Translations under genes and position numbers: made by a program
Shown here: piece after piece, positions 58,818 to 64,000 of the stretch
Position numbering within the stretch: position 1 is the first letter of the stretch
How the letters are laid out: each line of letters opens with the position of its first letter
Assembly (NCBI GenBank): GCA_001244265.2
Contig: CDLV01000018.1
Location: 1-64,000 of the forward strand
Source: Microbotryum violaceum
Taxonomy: Eukaryota
DNA length: 64,000 nucleotides
Direction: 5' to 3'
The notes under the pieces: generated by a model
What the model saw: the letters and a program-made list of their open reading frames with translations, nothing else
Told to the model about the DNA's origin: nothing
Database searches by the model: none

Positions 58818-61650
58818 ATGTACGTCGTCGAATACTCGTCGTATATCGCTGCGATCGCTCATTCCGCTCCTTGCTCTGCTCATCAACTGTGTATCTCGAT
58901 CAATCCTACGCGCAGGTCCGCGCTCGAGCTCCTGAACCCTCGCGCCGAGAGCGTGCGTCGCAATCAGGCGTTCCAGATCAATGTTCGTGAAAGAGCCCCC
59001 TTCCCATACATCGACGGCCTGAAGTGTTTTGCCATGCGTGGCAGTGGTAATGGAGATCGATGAGCTAAATCCTGACCTTTGCATCCGACTTTGGGTAGGC
59101 CACCGGAGCGATAGGCCTTGCGAATGTCGTCAAGAGCAACTTGGGTGAGTGAAATCCGGCCTTACTATCTACACCGGGGTGTCAACCATCCTTCGTGCAT
59201 GCGCAAGAGTCGCAACTGCGCAGAGCCTCACTTAAGTTCCACGTCGATCGTCGTGGCGTCGTCCCCTTGTCCGCGAACATGCCGCTCCAAAGCACTCGGG
59301 GCGTGGTCACGCGCTGTTTCGTGATACGGCCGATTCTCCACATGAGCCACACCTTGTACTGATGTACCGCCTCGATTGTATCGCCATAGGACCCCGGGGT
59401 ACACTCAAGATGCTTGTCGACGGCGCCGGTCAACTAAAAATGACCAAAGATGGCAAGGTTCTCCTCAGTGAGATGCAGATTCAGGTATGTGCGGTCACCT
59501 AGAGATGCACCTGAGCACGAGCTTGTCTAAAAATTCGTGCTCAACCCGCTTCTCTCCACTTCCACTTCACGCCCTGTGCCAGAACCCAACCGCTGCTCTG
59601 ATCGCGCGAACGGCAGTGGCCCAGGACGAGATGACCGGCGACGGAACCACGAGCGTAGTCCTTCTCGTTGGTAGGTTGATGACCCTTATTGGGAAAAGTT
59701 GCCATGCCGCCGAGAGTGCACTGACGTGACGAGGTTCCGTATTGTCTCAGGTGAATTGCTCAAGCAAGCCGAGCGCTACACCTCTGAGGGAGTGCATCCC
59801 CGCATCCTCGCTGATGGCCTTGACATTGCCAAGAACAGTCTCACGACGTTCTTGGACAAGTTCAAAACTCCTTTCGCGATGAGTGGCTCGCCATTTCACG
59901 AGCTCTTGGTCAATGTTGCCTTCACCTCTTTGGCCACTAAAGTCCACAAATCCTTGGCCAAAGCCCTGTCCCAGTCCCTTGTCGATGCCGTACTGGCCAT
60001 CCGACGGGTTTCTACCGTTGGAGAGATCGCGACGAAGTCTCTCATAAGGTCGCCGGATGGCGCGAGCGCATCCAAATACTTGCCGATCGATTTGCACATG
60101 GTCGAATTGATGAAGATGCAGCATCTGACCGACACCGACACCCGTCTCATCAAGGGCCTCGTGCTCGATCATGGACCTCGACACCCAGACATGCCCAAGC
60201 GTCTGACCAACTGCTCAATCCTCATTTTAAACGTGTCGTTGGAATACGAAAAAACGTATGTCGTGCCCTTTGCAAGGCGCCTCAGAGATTGGAAACGGAC
60301 TTCGCGGTCTGTTCGAATCAACTGACCTTCACCTCTCCCGGCCTACAGGGAGGTCAATTCGGGCTTCTTCTACTCCTCGGCGGAACAACGCGAAAAGCTC
60401 GTCGAGTCGGAACGCAAGTTCACTGATGCCAAAGTCCGCAAGATCATTGAGCTCAAAAAGATGGTGTGCGACAGCCAGCTCGATAAGGACGGGAATATCA
60501 TCGGCGAACCGAAGAATTTTGTGGTCATCAACCAGAAAGGGATCGACCCACTGTCGCTTGACATGCTCGCGAAGCAGGGGATCATGGCACTCCGACGAGC
60601 CAAGCGACGCAATATGGAGAGGTGCGTCAGACGTGCTCTGTCAATGTCGATGCAGGGTCACTTGCGCAGGCTGCTGAGACAGCCATCTTCTTTCTCGACG
60701 TAGGTTGCAGCTCATCTGTGGCGGAACCGCTCAAAACTCCGTGGAAGACCTTCAGCCCGAAGATCTTGGCTATGCGGGTCTCGTCTATGAACACACTCTT
60801 GGCGAAGAAAAATACACATTCGTCGAGGAAGTCAAGGACCCGCAGAGTGTGACGTTGTTGATCAAAGGTAAGCGTAGTCAAGGGACGGGTTGCCTTCGTT
60901 CAATCCGAGTCATTGACCTTCACCCGCACACACCTGCACGCAGGGCCGAATGCCCACACTATCGCCCAGATCTCGGACGCGGTTCGGGACGGCTTGCGCG
61001 CAGTCAAGAATGCGCTTGAAGACGGTGCTCTCGTTGCGGGAGCGGGAGCGTTTGAGATCGCTGCCCATGCTTATCTGGCAGGGGAAGTCAAGAAGAACGC
61101 GAAGGGCCGTACAAAGCTGGGAGTGCAAGCATTTGCGGATGCGATGCTCGTGATCCCGAAAACACTGGCCGTGAACGCCGGCCTAGACGTGCAGGACTGC
61201 ATCGTTGCGTTGCAGGTTAGTGTCCTTTTCTACTGGTAAACGAAAGAAGTATTTATCTTACAGCTTTTGCATCTTCGGTTTGTCTTTTGATGATCAGGAC
61301 GAGGCGGCCGAAGGGAATGTCGTTGGGCTGAACCTGAGCACTGGCGAACCAATGGACCCTGTTACGTACGAACGAGCACCTGGCATGCATGTGATCGCCG
61401 ATAGCGAGAGTATACTCATCGGTGTGGACTTCTCTCTGTTTCAGTGAGGGTATCTGGGACAACTATCGCGTCAAGCGTCATATGATTCACTCTGCGTAAG
61501 TCATTGCACGCACAGATTCCAAGCGCGCGAGCTGACCCCGCCCTCCGTCCGCCTCGTTCTTGCAGAGCCGTGATTGCTTCGAATTTGCTGATCACTGACG
61601 AAATGATGAAGGCCGGAAGAAGTAGTCTCAAGGAAGGGCCGCAGCAATAA
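58818..61650 (+). CDS. CCT6: T-complex protein 1 subunit zeta (multi-exon)
   Basis: [92 protein letters not shown]. Confidence 0.96.
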
Positions 61651-61721
61651 TCGCATAGATACTTTGCAGTGCGTCCGCCCACTGATTATTCTGCAATCTA
61701 GAAATTTAGGGTATACATCGT

Positions 61722-63730
61722 CTATTTCTTGGCTAGCTTGATGGTTGCATACGCGTCCCAGCCGATGTTTTCCAATGTCTGCACCTTTGCGAGAACTTCA
61801 TCCTCTAGTCCTACAGCATACTCCGCCAGAGCCGTGTTCAGCCTGCCCATTCCCCCTGCTGCCAGGATTCTGACAGCAAGGAGACCAGCATTCATCGAGT
61901 TGTTGATGGCCATTGCCGCGACAGGAATCCCGCGGGGCATCTGTACGATTGAGTACAGCGAGTCGACGCCGTCCAAGCTGGAGCCCTTGACAGGCACACC
62001 GATAACCGGCAAAATCGTTTCACTTGCAATCATGCCCGGTAAATGCGCCGCACCCCCAGCTCCAGCGATGATGACCCGGATCCCGCGACTTGCGGCGGTT
62101 CGAGCGAACTCGACCATGCGGCCAGGTGTCCGGTGAGCTGACACGATCGACAGCTCGAAGGGGATCTCGAACTGGCGAAGGACGCTGGAGGCGTTCAGCA
62201 TAATAGGCAGATCCGAATCCGAACCCATGACAATCGAGACAAGTGGTGATCGAGCCGATCGGGTCGCCTCCTGCCGTTGGGCCTTCTCGGCGTACTCCCC
62301 TGGTAAGAGTTCAACCAGTTGTTCGAGCTGCGAACGGACGATCTCATCGGACTCGCCGACTATTGTCACGTGACCCATCTTCCTGCCCTTGCGACACCCT
62401 GCCTTTCCATACAAGTGCACAGCTGCTCCGAGCTCGATGGCCTTTCTAACTACGCCAGACGGACCCATGAAATCTGACTGAGCTGAGGCCGACAACCCGA
62501 GCAGATTGAGCATGGCGGATGATCGTGGGAGAAACTGGATTGGCGGCAACGGCAGTGACAAAATCGCATAAAGGTGAGCGGTGTACTGCGAGATGGAGCA
62601 TGCTTCGATGGTATAATGGCCCGAGTTGTGCGGTCGTGGTGCGATTTCGTTGAGCAAGAGGCGGCCTGTTGACATTGAGGTGAGGTCAGCTTGGCATGCT
62701 ATCGCACAAGAATCTCAAAAATCCACGAGCAAAAACGGACCATCCGATAACCAAAACATCTCTACACCAAACACACCGACGGCCCCCTCCCCGAGGGCGT
62801 CAATGGCTCGCACGGCAAGCTCCTGTGCGCGCTCGTCCACCGGCTTCGCGGATATGCTGAACGCGCCCTTCTGTTTTGACCCGACCCCGTAATCACCGTC
62901 GCACAACGGTCGAAGGGGGGCATACACGATGTGGCAGATGCTATCCCGGTGAACAGTCTCGACTGCGGGATATGAACGCGTACTTCCATCGGCACCGCGG
63001 ACAACCATAACGGCGACCTCTTTGACGAAGGCGGCCCACTTTTCGGCGTAGAGGCGATCGGTCGGAGCTCTCGCGCCTTGAATCGTCAGCGACGAGTCCG
63101 GGATAAGGGCTTCCAAGGCGAGTTCAATGTCGTTCTCCGAGCGCAGCACGAAGTTGCCCTTGCCGTCGTAGGCGAGGTGTCGGGACTTCAGCATGAGAGG
63201 ATAGCCAAAATCCTTGGCCGCATCTCGCACCGAATCACGCAGGTCGGCCCGCGGGTCCACAGAGTCGGCGGCTGCGGCGCCCGTTCCCGTGATGGGCAAA
63301 AAAGGGGCGACCGCAATACCGCGCTCTTGGAGATAGAGTTTTTGTGTGTACTTGTCCTGAATCGTACGAATGACGACCGGAGCGGGGTAGATTCTGACGC
63401 CTTCACCCGAGCGCCCTCCGGTGGACGCGAAGTCGTGTTGCACCCGCTCCAGAGCAGCGATGTCGACGTGCTCAATCTCGATGGTCAGAATATCGACGTT
63501 TTGGGCGAGTTGCCGAATGTGCGACTCCGAGGTGAAGGGTCCATTCAGGTGGGAGAGAGGACCGGGCCCAGAGCCAGCCTGTGACGAAGTCGAAGCAAGC
63601 TGCGACAGAGGCAGCCGCTCGGGCGCCGACACTTGCTTAGCCGGTGCCCCTTCTTCTGGGTCGAGCACAATGATCGGGATAGACAGAGGCGATGCAGCCT
63701 GAAGGAGCATTCGCCCTAGTTGGCCACCAC
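61722..63730 (-). CDS. ADE2: Phosphoribosylaminoimidazole carboxylase (PurK-PurE fusion); first exon not resolved
   Basis: GGQLGRM, TIEIEHVD, LAYDGKGN, NEIAPRPHNSGH, RKMGH, MGSDSDL, SAHRTP, AGAGGAAHLPGM; intron at ~62671-62741; acceptor upstream of 63730. Confidence 0.96.
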
Positions 63731-64000
63731 CTAGAATCGGATAGCAGAGGGGCGATCGAGCGTCAGATGGACCTAGCTACCTACGCGAAAGGCGATCGTG
63801 AGATATGCGGGATCGAGGGTACACATCCGTCTATTCTGATAAGACTCCGGCACCACGGGGAAAGACACCGAGGGCAGACACCATGTACGTGGGCGAGCCG
63901 GCTCCGGCTGTTCGAACTTGCGGCGGAGCAATCCAGTCGGCCTGACCGTGCCTCCGTTGCGCGCAATCAGAGCAGAGGAGACTTGCAAGTGACTCCCAGA

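Overview
Eukaryotic, intron-rich fungal DNA. It is most likely a Pucciniomycotina basidiomycete such as Microbotryum or a relative; this is inferred from the gene structure and a TCG>TTG hypermutation signature. Positions ~1-51300 are a gene-free, deeply nested transposon cluster. It holds three Ty1/Copia families (A, B, E) with TG...TA LTRs and 5-bp TSDs, Gypsy-type LTRs (family C), a chimeric mini LTR element (D), a gag-only LTR element, a head-to-tail train of L1/Tx1-like LINEs from two families, and DNA-transposon remnants. Positions ~51600-64000 hold four ordinary spliced housekeeping genes: KGD1 (-), VPS74 (-), CCT6 (+) and ADE2 (-). Two unexplained signals stand out. (1) A 106-nt GT-AG intron-like block in the Copia integrase-RT linker is almost invariant across five copies of two diverged families. 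It folds as a three-way junction that pairs the 5' splice site with the branch-point region, and splicing it would frameshift away RT/RNaseH. (2) Four unrelated LTR families share an intron whose branch-point/acceptor block is duplicated just upstream of the donor, so splicing regenerates an intact LTR end. Intron-plus and precisely intron-minus copies co-occur for three of these families. Many single-base frameshifts look like consensus errors rather than biology.
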